Positions 1-9,132 of a stretch of DNA of 64,000 nt are shown in pieces (the stretch's first letter is position 1; each line of letters begins with the position of its first letter). Origin of the DNA: an uncultured Actinomycetes bacterium (GTDB taxonomy: Bacteria > Actinomycetota > Thermoleophilia > UBA2241); assembly GCA_963755025.1 (NCBI GenBank), contig CAVWIH010000014.1, positions 224,001 through 288,000 of the forward strand. Reading direction: 5' to 3'. A model generated the notes under the pieces. The model searched no databases. It worked only from the letters and a program-made list of their open reading frames with translations, and was not told the origin of the DNA. The position numbers were made by a program, and so were the translations under genes.

Positions 1-352
1 GAGGCGCAGGTTGCGCCGCGCGCTCATGTTGCCGTAGAAGGCCGGCACCTCGACGAAGCCGCCGATGTGCTTGAGCGCCTCTATCTTGTCGCGCGGCACC
101 TGGTGGTCGATCACCGTGGCGTAGCCGCTCGTCGGGTAGATCAGCCCCACGATCATGCGGATCGTGGTCGGTCTTGCCGGCGCCGTTGGGGCCCAGAAAG
201 CCGAAGACGTCGCCGCGGCGCACGGTGAGGTCGAGATGGTCGACGGCCAGCTTGCCGCCGAAGCTCTTGGTCAGGCCGTAGGTGGCCAGCACGACCGGCG
301 CGGCGCCCGCCGGCGTGGCGAGCCCGTCGGCGCGCTCCTGGGTCAAGGTCAT
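1..352 (-). CDS. ABC transporter ATP-binding protein (runs off window start; +1 frameshift near 170)
   Basis: ATG at 352 after a GAGAGG RBS; MTLTQER...[35 protein letters not shown] (Walker A). One extra G before the [15 protein letters not shown] frame resumes. Confidence 0.85.
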   Translation of the reverse strand, partial: MTLTQERADGLATPAGAAPVVLATYGLTKSFGGKLAVDHLDLTVRRGDVFGFLGPNGAGKTDHDPHDRGADLPDERLRHGDRPPGAARQDRGAQAHRRLRRGAGLLRQHERAAQPAP

Positions 353-454
353 CTTCGATGGTCCTCTCGTTGCTTTCCGTCTGAACGCGTCGCAGAAAGA
401 CGTCGCGGCGACCGCGCACGGCGCGCCCACGAACAGCACGATACCCGAGCCGTC

Positions 455-471
455 ATAAGGCCGGCGTAAAC
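455..471. promoter_or_regulatory. Candidate OmpR-family binding site (ATAAGG-N5-GTAAAC) upstream of the ABC gene
   Basis: 11-bp-period direct repeat resembling the sites at 2771-2787 and 2819-2835. Confidence 0.4.
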
Positions 472-480
472 GGCGCCCCT

Positions 481-2695
481 TTAGACTTGCGGAGCCTCGA
501 CCGGTGCGGCCGCGGGGTCCTCGAGCTCGACGGCAGGCTCGGCGTCGTCGGGCTCGTCGGGCTCGACCGAGAGGTGCGGCAGCCAGCGGTCGAGCCACGA
601 CGGCAGCCACCAGTTGCGGCGCCCGAAGAGGTGCATCGGCCGACGGCACGAGCACGGTACGTATGACCAGGGCGTCGAGGAAGACCGCCGCGGCGAGGCC
701 TATGCCGAACTCGGCGATGATGCGCTGCCCACCCAGCACGAACGCCAGGAAGACGCAGATCATGATGGCCGCGGCGGCGGTGATGACGCGCCCGGTAGTC
801 GCCTGCCCGATCGTCACCGCGCGCTCGTTGTCGCCGGTGTGCACCCACTCTTCGTGCATGCGGCTCACCAGAAAGACCTGGTAGTCCATCGACAGGCCAA
901 AGAGGATGGCCAGCATGATCACCGGCAGGAACGCTTCGACCGGCCCCGGCTTGCCCAGGCCCAGGAGCTTCGCCCCCCAGCCCCACTGGAAGAAGATGAC
1001 GAGCACGCCGAACGACGCGCCCGCGGCCAGCAGGTTCATGACGGCCGCGGTGGCCGGCACGAGCAGGCAGCGGAAGGCCACCAGCAGCAGCAGGAACCCG
1101 AGCCCCACGATCACCGTGATGAAGAGCGGCATCTTCGAGCTGATGATGCTGGCGAAGTCGTCGAAGATCGCGGTGCTGCCGCCGACGTAGACGTGCAGCG
1201 TGGTGCCCGCTTCGACGGGCGGTATGACGTCGTTGCGCAGGTGCTTGATCAGCTGCGACGTCCTGACGTCTTGCGGCGCCGTCGTGGGGAACACCTCGAC
1301 CACCATCACCTTGGCGCCGGGCTTGCCGGGCAGGGGCGCCACCGCGGCGACGCCCGGCATGGTGGAGAGGGTCTTTTCGAGGCGCCCGAGGGCCGCCTGG
1401 TCGCTGGATGAGCCGGTCTGGGCCACCAGCACCAGCGGGCCGTTGAAGCCCGGCCCGAACCCCGACGCGAGCATGTCGTAAGCCTTGCGCGCCGTCGTGC
1501 CGGCCTTGTCGTTGCCGGCGTCGGACAGGCCGAGGCGCAGCGAAAAGTAGGGGACGGCCAGCAGGCACAGCACCGCCGCCGCCGCGACCAGCAGCACGAC
1601 CGGGCGGCGCGCCACGAAGCGCGACCAGCGCGCCCAGAAGCCGATGCTGTGGCTGTCGCGCGCGCCGTGATCGTCTAAGTGCTGGCGCTCGCGGCGGCTC
1701 AGCACGCGCACGCCCATGAAGCCGAACAGCGCCGGCAACAGGGTCATGGCGGCGGCCATCGCCACGAGCACGGTGCCGGCCGAGGTGATGCTCAGGCCGT
1801 TCAGGAACGCCATGTGCAGCACGAGCAGGCCGAGCAGGGCGATGCACACGGTGCCGCCGGCGAACATCACGGCGCGCCCGGCCGTGTTCAGGGCGCGCAC
1901 CGTGGCGTCTTCGGGCGACAGGCCGGCCTTGAGGCCCTCCCGGTAGCGGGTGACGATGAAGAGCGCGTAGTCGATGCCGACGCCCAGGCCGATCAGGGCG
2001 GCCAGGGTGGGGGCGATGACGGCGACGCTCGCCACGTGGCTGAACAGGCCGATCCCGAAGATCGCCGTGCCGAGCGCCACGATGGCCGTGATGAGCGGCA
2101 GCGCCATGCCCAGCAGCGAGCCGAAGGCGATGAGGATGATGATGCCGGCGGCGACCACGCCGATCGCCTCGCTGTTGGAAGGCGGCGTCATGGTGGCCTG
2201 CTCGATGGCCTGGCCGCCGATCGCCACCTCGAGGCCCGGCTTGCCGGCCGCCTTGGTGAGGGCGATGACGTGCTCGACGTCGGGTTTGGGCAGCTGGTTG
2301 GCGAGCTTCGTGAAGAGCACCGCGGCGAAGGCGGTCTTGCCGTCGCGGCTGATCTGGGCGGCGCCCGCGGGCGAGTAGGGGCTGACGACCGCCGCGACCG
2401 ACTTCGACTTGGCGACCAGCTGCAGCAGGGCGCTGATGCGGGTGCGCACGGCCGGCGCGTCGATCGAGCCGCTCGACACGTGCCAGACGATCGAGTCGGA
2501 GTCGCCGGACTGTTTGGGCAGAGCGACGCTCAGCAGGTTGAGCGCCTTGGCGGACTGCGTGCCGGGCAGCGCGAAGTTGTTCGAGTAGGCGTTGCCCACG
2601 GTACGATCGACGCCGACCACCGTCGCCAGGATGACGATCCAGGCGATCACGACGATGAGGCGATGCCGGTAGCACCAGCGGGCGAACGAGGCCAT
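481..2695 (-). CDS. MMPL/RND family transporter (+1 frameshift near 638)
   Basis: ATG 2695 [21 protein letters not shown]...; [16 protein letters not shown] and [17 protein letters not shown] motifs. The C-terminal [12 protein letters not shown]...PQV* lies in the shifted frame and ends at TAA 481. Absent from the ORF track because the unshifted frame runs off the window. Confidence 0.9.
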
Positions 2696-2770
2696 AGTCA
2701 ACTCCTGCTGTTGGTGGGTCTGGGTGGGCGGATAGGTTTACGACGGCAAGGCACCATACCATTATCGGCG

Positions 2771-2835
2771 GTAAGGTCGCCGTAAAGGAGTTTGGGCCCG
2801 GCAGTTGCGGCCGGCAGGCCTTACGCGCCCCTTAC
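2771..2835. promoter_or_regulatory. Two oppositely oriented OmpR-type tandem boxes between the divergent MMPL and response-regulator genes
   Basis: GTAAGG-N5-GTAAAG (2771-2787) and CCTTAC-N5-CCTTAC (2819-2835), both with 11-bp period. Confidence 0.5.
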
Positions 2836-2911
2836 GGGCCGTCGGCGAGAATGGCCTGAGACGTGGCAAGCGGCCCGGCGAAGCGCCGGCCGCCGCCGGC
2901 AAGGAGCGCCC

Positions 2912-3565
2912 GTGCGCGTGCTGATCATCGAAGACGAAGAGGCGCTGGCGTCGGCGATCGCCCGCGGCCTGCGGCGCGAGGGCATGGCGGTCGACGTGGC
3001 GCTCGACGGCGCCGGCGGCCTCGAGAAGGCGCTCATCAACGCCTACGACGTCGTCGTGCTCGACCGCAACCTGCCGGGACTGCACGGCGACGAGGTCTGC
3101 CGGCGCCTGGCCGCGGCCCCGTCCCAGGCGCGCATCCTCATGCTCACCGCGGCTCGCGGCCTGCACGACAAGGTCGCCGGCCTCAACCTCGGCGCCGACG
3201 ACTACCTCGGCAAGCCGTTCGCCTTTGAGGAGCTCGTCGCCCGGCTGCACGCCCTCTCGCGGCGCACGGGGCCGCCGCGCCCGCCGGTGCTGCATCGCCG
3301 CGACCTCGAGCTCGACCCCGCCAGCCGGCGCGCCTGGCGCCGGCGCCGCGAGCTCGAGCTCACCAACAAGGAGTTCGGCGTGCTCGAGGCGCTCCTCGCG
3401 GCCGATGGCGCGGTCGTGTCCGGCGAGGAGCTGCTCGAGAAGGTCTGGGACGAGAACACCGATCCGTTCTCGAACGTGGTGCGCGTCACGATCATGACGC
3501 TGCGCAAGAAGCTCGGCGAGCCGCCCCTCATAGAGACCCTCGCGGGCGCGGGGTATCGGCTGTGA
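2912..3565 (+). CDS. OmpR/PhoB-family response regulator (CutR-like)
   Basis: GTG start after AAGGAG; VLIIEDE, VVLDRNLPG, GADDYLGKPF, winged-helix C-terminus. Confidence 0.93.
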   Translation: MRVLIIEDEEALASAIARGLRREGMAVDVALDGAGGLEKALINAYDVVVLDRNLPGLHGDEVCRRLAAAPSQARILMLTAARGLHDKVAGLNLGADDYLGKPFAFEELVARLHALSRRTGPPRPPVLHRRDLELDPASRRAWRRRRELELTNKEFGVLEALLAADGAVVSGEELLEKVWDENTDPFSNVVRVTIMTLRKKLGEPPLIETLAGAGYRL

Positions 3566-3593
3566 GGCGACGCCCAGGCCCCGGCGCTGCGCC

Positions 3594-4847
3594 GTGGCGG
3601 CTACTGCTCGCGGCACGCCGGCCGTGAGGCGACGGACCATCAGCCTGCGCCTGCGGCTCACCCTGTCGTACGGCGGCGTGTTCTTCGCGGTCGGCTTTCT
3701 GCTCGTGGCCGTGAGCTACGTGCTCATCCGCCAAGTGCTCGTGCACAACCCCGGCGAGTTCCTGGGCCGTGTCGCCGAGCATCTCGGCCTGTCGCCTGCC
3801 TTTCTCGCCTCGCGCATGCCCTCGCCGTCGGGCGGGCAGGAGACCGTGGCGGCCTTCATGCGCACCGTCCAGGACCAGGTCGTGTCGCAGCTGTCTCACG
3901 GCCTCACCTTCGTGTCGTTCATCGCCCTGGCCGTCGCCGCGATGCTCTCGGTGGCCCTGGGCTGGCTGATCGCCGGCCGCATGCTGCGCCCTCTGCAGGA
4001 GATCGCCGTGGCCGCCCGGCGCGCGTCGGCGAGCACCCTGCACGAGCGCATCGCCATGCAGGGCCCGAGCGACGAGCTGCGCGAGCTGGCCGACACCTTC
4101 GACGGCATGCTGGCGCGGCTCGAGGCGGCCTTCGAAGCGCAGCGCGACTTCGTCGCCAACGCCTCGCACGAGCTGCGCACGCCGCTCGCCATCATGCGCA
4201 CCGAGGTCGACGTCACCCTGGCCGACTCCCGGGCAAGCGGGGCCGAGCTGCGCCGCATGGCCGAGACGGTGCGCAGCGCGGTGGCGCGCAGCGAAGACGT
4301 CATCGACCGGCTCCTGGTGCTGGCCGAGAGCGAGCAGCTCACCGACACGCACGCGGTCGCTCTCGACGAGCTCACCGCCGTCGTGATCGCCCGCCGCACG
4401 CCGGCCGCGCGGGCGCGAGGACTGTCGTTTGCCGCCGACCTGGGGCCCGCCCCGGTGCGCGGCGACGCCGCCCTGCTCGAACGCCTCGTCGACAACCTGA
4501 TCGACAACGCGGTGCGCTACGCGAGCGCCGACAGCGTCGTCACCATCGCCGTGGGCGCCGACCCCGGCGGCGTGACGCTGCGCGTCGCCAACTCAGGCGA
4601 GGTGATCGCGCCCGACGAGCTCTCCCACCTCTTCGAGCGCTTCTACCGGCGTGGCACGTCGCGCAGCCGCAACGACGGCGGCGCCGGGCTGGGCCTGGCG
4701 ATCGTCGCGGCGGTGGCCGAAGCCCACGGCGGGACGGCGACGGCCGCGGGGCCGGGCGGCGGCGGCCTCACCGTCACGGTCACGCTGCCCGCGGCGGCAA
4801 GACCTGCGCCCACGGCGGCCGGAGCAGGGACTGCCTCAGGTAACTGA
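3594..4847 (+). CDS. HAMP-domain sensor histidine kinase (start uncertain)
   Basis: Two TM segments, HAMP, H-box ASHELRTPL, N-box NLIDNAVRY, GAGLGLAIV. Confidence 0.93.
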   Translation: MAATARGTPAVRRRTISLRLRLTLSYGGVFFAVGFLLVAVSYVLIRQVLVHNPGEFLGRVAEHLGLSPAFLASRMPSPSGGQETVAAFMRTVQDQVVSQLSHGLTFVSFIALAVAAMLSVALGWLIAGRMLRPLQEIAVAARRASASTLHERIAMQGPSDELRELADTFDGMLARLEAAFEAQRDFVANASHELRTPLAIMRTEVDVTLADSRASGAELRRMAETVRSAVARSEDVIDRLLVLAESEQLTDTHAVALDELTAVVIARRTPAARARGLSFAADLGPAPVRGDAALLERLVDNLIDNAVRYASADSVVTIAVGADPGGVTLRVANSGEVIAPDELSHLFERFYRRGTSRSRNDGGAGLGLAIVAAVAEAHGGTATAAGPGGGGLTVTVTLPAAARPAPTAAGAGTASGN

Positions 4848-4945
4848 TTTCATAGGCAACCATCGTGAGTATGATAGTTGCCGACGCAACTTGGGTAGAA
4901 CCATGGCGAGCAGTCGGTTCAAACGAGACCCCAAGGAGGCCCCCC

Positions 4946-5878
4946 ATGGCCGCACCTTCCGATACCTGGCCCGAGCTTCGCTACGACCAGTTCAAAGACA
5001 CCAGAGACACCCTCCACATGTACGCGCAGATCGTGGGCAAGCTGCGCCTGATGTTCACGCCGCCGCTCTCCCAGTGGGCCCATTCGCCGCTGCGACTCAG
5101 CGTCGACGGCCTGGCGACCGGCCCGCTCTGGGTGGGCGACGGCGTGCTGTCCGCCGACCTCGACCTCGTACGCCACGAAGCGCGCTTCGAGCGCAGCGAC
5201 GGTCGCCGCGTCGCCGTGCCGCTCGGCCGGGGCACCGTCGCCGACTTCTTCGGCGCCGTGCGCGGCGCCCTCGACGAGCTCGGTGTCGAGGCGACGTTCA
5301 ACACGATGCCGCAGGAGATCCCCGACCCGATCGCCTTCGACAAGGACACTACGCACGGCGCCTACGACCCGGAGCAGGCCAACCGCCTGTATCAGGCCTT
5401 CATCCGCATAGGCTCCGTCTACGAGCAGGCGCAGAGCGGCTACTGGGGCAAGCAGACGCCCGTGAGCCTCTACTGGGGCGGCTTCGACTTGGCCTTCACG
5501 CGCTACTCGGGCCGCCCGCTGCAGGCTCCCGAGGGCCTGCCGCAGATCATGACGGGCTCGCTCGACGCCGAGCTCTCCAACATCAGCTTCTACCCCGTCT
5601 TCGGGCCCGAGTCGCGACCGACGTTCCTGGCCGCCGGCTTTCCGCCGCCGCAGGGCATGGCGTCGGCCCGCGTGAGCCCCGCGCAGGCGCGCTACACCGA
5701 GGTGCCGGGCATGGGCGGCATGTTCGCGCTCGCCTACGACGACGTGCGCACCGCGCCCGACCCGCGCGCCGCCCTGCTCGAGTTCTGCCACAGCAGCTAC
5801 GAGGCCATCGCCACGCTCGGCGGCTGGGACCGCGAGCTGCTCGAGCGCAGGCCACCCAGCGTACGCAAGGCAGCCTAG
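4946..5878 (+). CDS. Conserved hypothetical protein, DUF5996-like
   Basis: AAGGAGG RBS; WPELRY..TRDTLHMYAQIVGKLRL, GKQTPVSLYWGGFDLAFTRYSGR, LLEFCHSSYEA..GWDR pattern. Confidence 0.75.
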   Translation: MAAPSDTWPELRYDQFKDTRDTLHMYAQIVGKLRLMFTPPLSQWAHSPLRLSVDGLATGPLWVGDGVLSADLDLVRHEARFERSDGRRVAVPLGRGTVADFFGAVRGALDELGVEATFNTMPQEIPDPIAFDKDTTHGAYDPEQANRLYQAFIRIGSVYEQAQSGYWGKQTPVSLYWGGFDLAFTRYSGRPLQAPEGLPQIMTGSLDAELSNISFYPVFGPESRPTFLAAGFPPPQGMASARVSPAQARYTEVPGMGGMFALAYDDVRTAPDPRAALLEFCHSSYEAIATLGGWDRELLERRPPSVRKAA

Positions 5879-5908
5879 CCGCTCTCGCACGCCGGCCACC
5901 CAGAGACC

Positions 5909-6787
5909 ATGGAGGGACAGATCGTGGACGAGGAACTGAAACCGGCCGCACCGGCGCCGACGGCCGACCTGGCCGCGGCCGCGGCGGCGGTCGCGCGGCG
6001 CGCCGGCGAGGCCCAGGTAGAGGGCCGCATGCCGGCCATCTACCTGGGGCACGGCGCGCCGCCCCTGGTCGACGACGCCCTCTGGGTGGCCGAGCTTGCC
6101 GCCTGGGCAGGCGCCCTGCCGCGCCCGACGGCCATCCTCATGGTCTCGGCGCACTGGGAGGCCGCGCCCATCACCCTGGGACCGACCGACGACGGCGTGC
6201 CGCTCGTCTACGATTTCTACGGCTTTCCCGAGCGCTACTACGAGGCGCGCTACCCGGCGCCGGCGGCGCCCGCCCTGGCCGCCCGGGTACGCGCCCTGCT
6301 GGGCGACGGACCCGTCGCCCAGCACCCGGCCCGCGGCCTCGACCACGGCGCCTACGTGCCGCTGCTCGTCATGTATCCGCAGGCCGACGTGCCGGTGCTG
6401 CAGGTCTCGCTGCCCACGCTCGAGCCGCACCGCCTGCTCGCGCTCGGCGCCCGTCTCGCGCCGCTGCGCGACGAAGGCGTGCTGCTGATCGGCAGCGGCT
6501 TTCTCACGCACGGCCTGCCGTTCCTGCGCGACTTTCGCACCGACGCGCCGCCGCCGGCCTGGTCGAGCGAGTTCGACGCCTGGGCGGCCGCGGCGCTGGC
6601 GGCCGGCGACCTCGACGCGCTGGCCGGGTTTCGCGAGGCGCCGGGCGGGCGCTACGCGCACCCCAGCGTCGAGCACTTCGTGCCGCTGTTCGTCACGCTC
6701 GGGGCCGGCGGCGCCGCGACGGCTCCCGCCACGCCCATCGAGGGCTACTACCTGGGCCTCTCGAAGCGCTCCGTGCAGATCGCCTGA
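5909..6787 (+). CDS. Class III extradiol dioxygenase (DODA/YgiD, LigB family)
   Basis: YLGHGAP, SAHWE, YDFYGFP, RGLDHGAYVPL, GSGFLTHGL, AHPSVEHFVPL. Confidence 0.9.
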   Translation: MEGQIVDEELKPAAPAPTADLAAAAAAVARRAGEAQVEGRMPAIYLGHGAPPLVDDALWVAELAAWAGALPRPTAILMVSAHWEAAPITLGPTDDGVPLVYDFYGFPERYYEARYPAPAAPALAARVRALLGDGPVAQHPARGLDHGAYVPLLVMYPQADVPVLQVSLPTLEPHRLLALGARLAPLRDEGVLLIGSGFLTHGLPFLRDFRTDAPPPAWSSEFDAWAAAALAAGDLDALAGFREAPGGRYAHPSVEHFVPLFVTLGAGGAATAPATPIEGYYLGLSKRSVQIA

Positions 6788-6845
6788 GCGCTCGGCCCGA
6801 CTCGGTCGCGCGCCCGGCGCCGCCGATCGACTGCGTCGTCGCCGC

Positions 6846-7164
6846 TCAGGCGCGCGTGACCACGTCGCGCGCCTGGTCGCGCTCCTCGCGGCAGGCGGAG
6901 CACACGCCGAAGACCTCGACGGCGTGACTCACGTCGCTGTAGCCCAGCGACGCCGCCACGTGGTCGGCCCACTCCGAGAGCTCGGGGCACTCGGTCTCGG
7001 CGCTGCGCCCGCAGAGCCGGCAGACGATGTGGTGGTGGTGGTGGTGGGCGTCGCTCGCGCAGTAGCGGTAGCGCACGTCGCCTTCGGCCTGGCGCGCGGC
7101 CGCCCGTCTGGCTCGTGGCGCCGGCCCGCGGCCGGCCCCCGTGTGAGTGATGCAGTAGGTGCAT
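6846..7164 (-). CDS. Fur/Zur-family C-terminal metal-binding domain without the winged helix (start uncertain, probable frameshift)
   Basis: RYRYC..AHHHHHHIVCRLCG...EVFGVCSAC; ATG at 7164 is out of frame by 1 nt. Confidence 0.65.
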
Positions 7165-7166
7165 GG

Positions 7167-7187
7167 CGAAATGATAACCGTTTTCAG
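7167..7187. promoter_or_regulatory. Fur/Zur-box-like site
   Basis: CGAAATGATAACCGTTTTC matches the Fur consensus GATAATGATAATCATTATC at 13 of 19 positions; an AT-rich island in GC-rich DNA next to the Fur-like gene start. Confidence 0.6.
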
Positions 7188-7332
7188 CAACCGCGACACA
7201 TCGTCCCCTCGGGCCGCGACACGACCGGGCGGCGTGAGAACGCCATGGCCCGGGAAGATTCGGCGAGCCGTTCCCGCGTGACGCGGGATCTGCCGGCGGG
7301 TGCACCTGCCGTGCAGCAAAGGGAGTGTGACC

Positions 7333-8118
7333 ATGCCAGTCGCGATTAGGGCGATCGGGGCGCCGTCCATCGGCGAGGCGCGCGCCGAGCTGCTGGCCTT
7401 CACCGTCGGCCTGCTGGTGACCTTTCTCGCGGTGCGCGTGAACACGCGCCTGATCAGGGCGAAGGTCTCGTGGTGGTTCCACGACATCACCCCCGGCGGC
7501 ACCCACATCCACCACATGGTCTTCGGGGTGATCATCATGGTGGCCGCGGGCCTCACCACGTTCGGCCTCGGCCCGGCGGGTCTGACCCTGCAGATCCTCG
7601 CCTTCATCTTCGGCGCCGGGACGGCGCTCACCCTCGACGAGTTCGCGCTCATCCTGCACCTGCAAGACGTCTACTGGCTCGAAGAGGGCCGCGTGTCGGT
7701 CGACGCGGTCGTCGTCGTGACCGCCGCCGGCGCGCTGTCGTTGCTGGTCGGCCCGCCGCTCGTAGGCTCCGACGTGGGCCGCTCTTCGCTCTGGTCGCTC
7801 ACCATCCTGGTGATCGTCAACCTGGGCTGCGCCGTGATCGCCGTCGCCAAAGGCAAGCTCTGGACCGGGTTCATCGGCGTCTGGGTGCCCTTCGTCGCCT
7901 GGATCGGGGCCGTGCGGCTGGCGCGCCCCACCTCGCCGTGGGCGCGCAAGCGCTACGCGAGCCGTCCCCACAAGCTGGCCCGCGCCCAGGCCCGCGAGGA
8001 CCGGCGACACGGCCGCCCGAGCAGGTTCAGGGACTGGTCGTACGACCTGATCGCCGGCAGGCCGTCGCTGCCGCCGGTCGGCGCCGACTCCAAGGAGCGC
8101 CGCGACCGGGAGGACTGA
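7333..8118 (+). CDS. Conserved actinobacterial integral membrane protein
   Basis: Multiple TM helices; HIHHMVFG and LTLDEFALILHLQDVYW motifs. Confidence 0.75.
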   Translation: MPVAIRAIGAPSIGEARAELLAFTVGLLVTFLAVRVNTRLIRAKVSWWFHDITPGGTHIHHMVFGVIIMVAAGLTTFGLGPAGLTLQILAFIFGAGTALTLDEFALILHLQDVYWLEEGRVSVDAVVVVTAAGALSLLVGPPLVGSDVGRSSLWSLTILVIVNLGCAVIAVAKGKLWTGFIGVWVPFVAWIGAVRLARPTSPWARKRYASRPHKLARAQAREDRRHGRPSRFRDWSYDLIAGRPSLPPVGADSKERRDRED

Positions 8119-8130
8119 GCCCCGGGTGCT

Positions 8131-8898
8131 TTAGGCCAGGCCCTGGGCTTCGAGCCAGGCGATGCTGGCGAGCGCGGGGGGTTCGTCGAGGTGCTCGAGG
8201 ATCACCGTGGCGCCGGCGGCGCGGGCCACCGCCAGCACGGGAGCCGCTTCGACCACGCCCTCGCCCAGCGGGCGGTGCGGGTCGTCGGTGTCGGTCGGCC
8301 CGAAGTTGCTGTGCAGGTGCACGTGCGCGAGGCGCGCCTGAGGATCGGTGAGAAAGGCGTCGAGCGTGCCGCTGATGGCCGCGTGGCCGCAGTCGAGCAC
8401 GAAGCCGAGCTCGCCGAGCTCGAGATCGCCGGGCGCCGTGAAATGCGATGAACCCACGCCCGGCATGTTCTCCATGGCGATGGGCACGCCGAGCTCGCGC
8501 TGCAGGTCGGCCAGGTCGGCGATGGTGCGTTGCAGCGCGTCGACGGCCGCCTGGTCGCGCGGCCCCGGCGGCTCGATGTAGTCGGGGTGAGCGACGTAGA
8601 GCAGCGCGCCGATCTCGGCGGCGGCCTCGATGTGGCGGCGGTGCAGCGCCACCGCCTGCCGGCGCACCGCTTCGTCGGGGCTGCCGGGCTGGATGTCGAA
8701 GCCGTAGGGGCCGTGCACGGTGAGGCGCAGGCCGCTCTCGACGGCGTCGCGGCGATTGCGCGGCGAGAGCACCGTGTGCATGCCGAACGAGTCGATCTCG
8801 ACGAGGCTGGTGAGCGGCGCGAGGCGCTCGAACAGCTCGACGAGCGGCAGCTCGGGGCAGATCTGGCTCGGCAGGCCGATGTCGGGCGGAAGACCCAT
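8131..8898 (-). CDS. Sugar phosphate isomerase/epimerase (AP endonuclease 2 TIM barrel)
   Basis: TVHGP, AMENMP, LDCGHA, HVHLHSN, DPHRPLGEG, ILEH metal-binding motifs. Confidence 0.85.
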   Translation of the reverse strand: MGLPPDIGLPSQICPELPLVELFERLAPLTSLVEIDSFGMHTVLSPRNRRDAVESGLRLTVHGPYGFDIQPGSPDEAVRRQAVALHRRHIEAAAEIGALLYVAHPDYIEPPGPRDQAAVDALQRTIADLADLQRELGVPIAMENMPGVGSSHFTAPGDLELGELGFVLDCGHAAISGTLDAFLTDPQARLAHVHLHSNFGPTDTDDPHRPLGEGVVEAAPVLAVARAAGATVILEHLDEPPALASIAWLEAQGLA

Positions 8899-9048
8899 GA
8901 GCAAAGCATAGCCGCCGGCAACGGTCGCCGTCACGCCGGACTGGACCCGCGAACCTTGGTTGCCGGGCCCTCCCAGGGAGTCTCGCCTGTTCCCCGTTCA
9001 GCGCCGGCGGCGCAGACTGGCCGTCGGCAGCCTCGATCTGCAGGGCCG

Positions 9049-9098
9049 GCCGGCAAAGAGGGCGGGTGGCCTAGTGGCCACCCGCCCTCTTTGCCGGC
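9049..9098. terminator. Perfect 23-bp hairpin downstream of the pilX-like gene
   Basis: GCCGGCAAAGAGGGCGGGTGGCC-TAGT-GGCCACCCGCCCTCTTTGCCGGC. Confidence 0.75.
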
Positions 9099-9132
9099 GA
9101 CCAGAGCGCGCCGCAGCGATGTACCCCCAGCG

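Noticed and set aside
1-2695. Apparent MMPL-ABC ATPase fusion in one open frame
   Set aside because: The true MMPL C-terminus (RNWWLP...stop at 481) is in the shifted frame and the ABC gene has its own RBS and ATG; an indel near 638 creates the read-through
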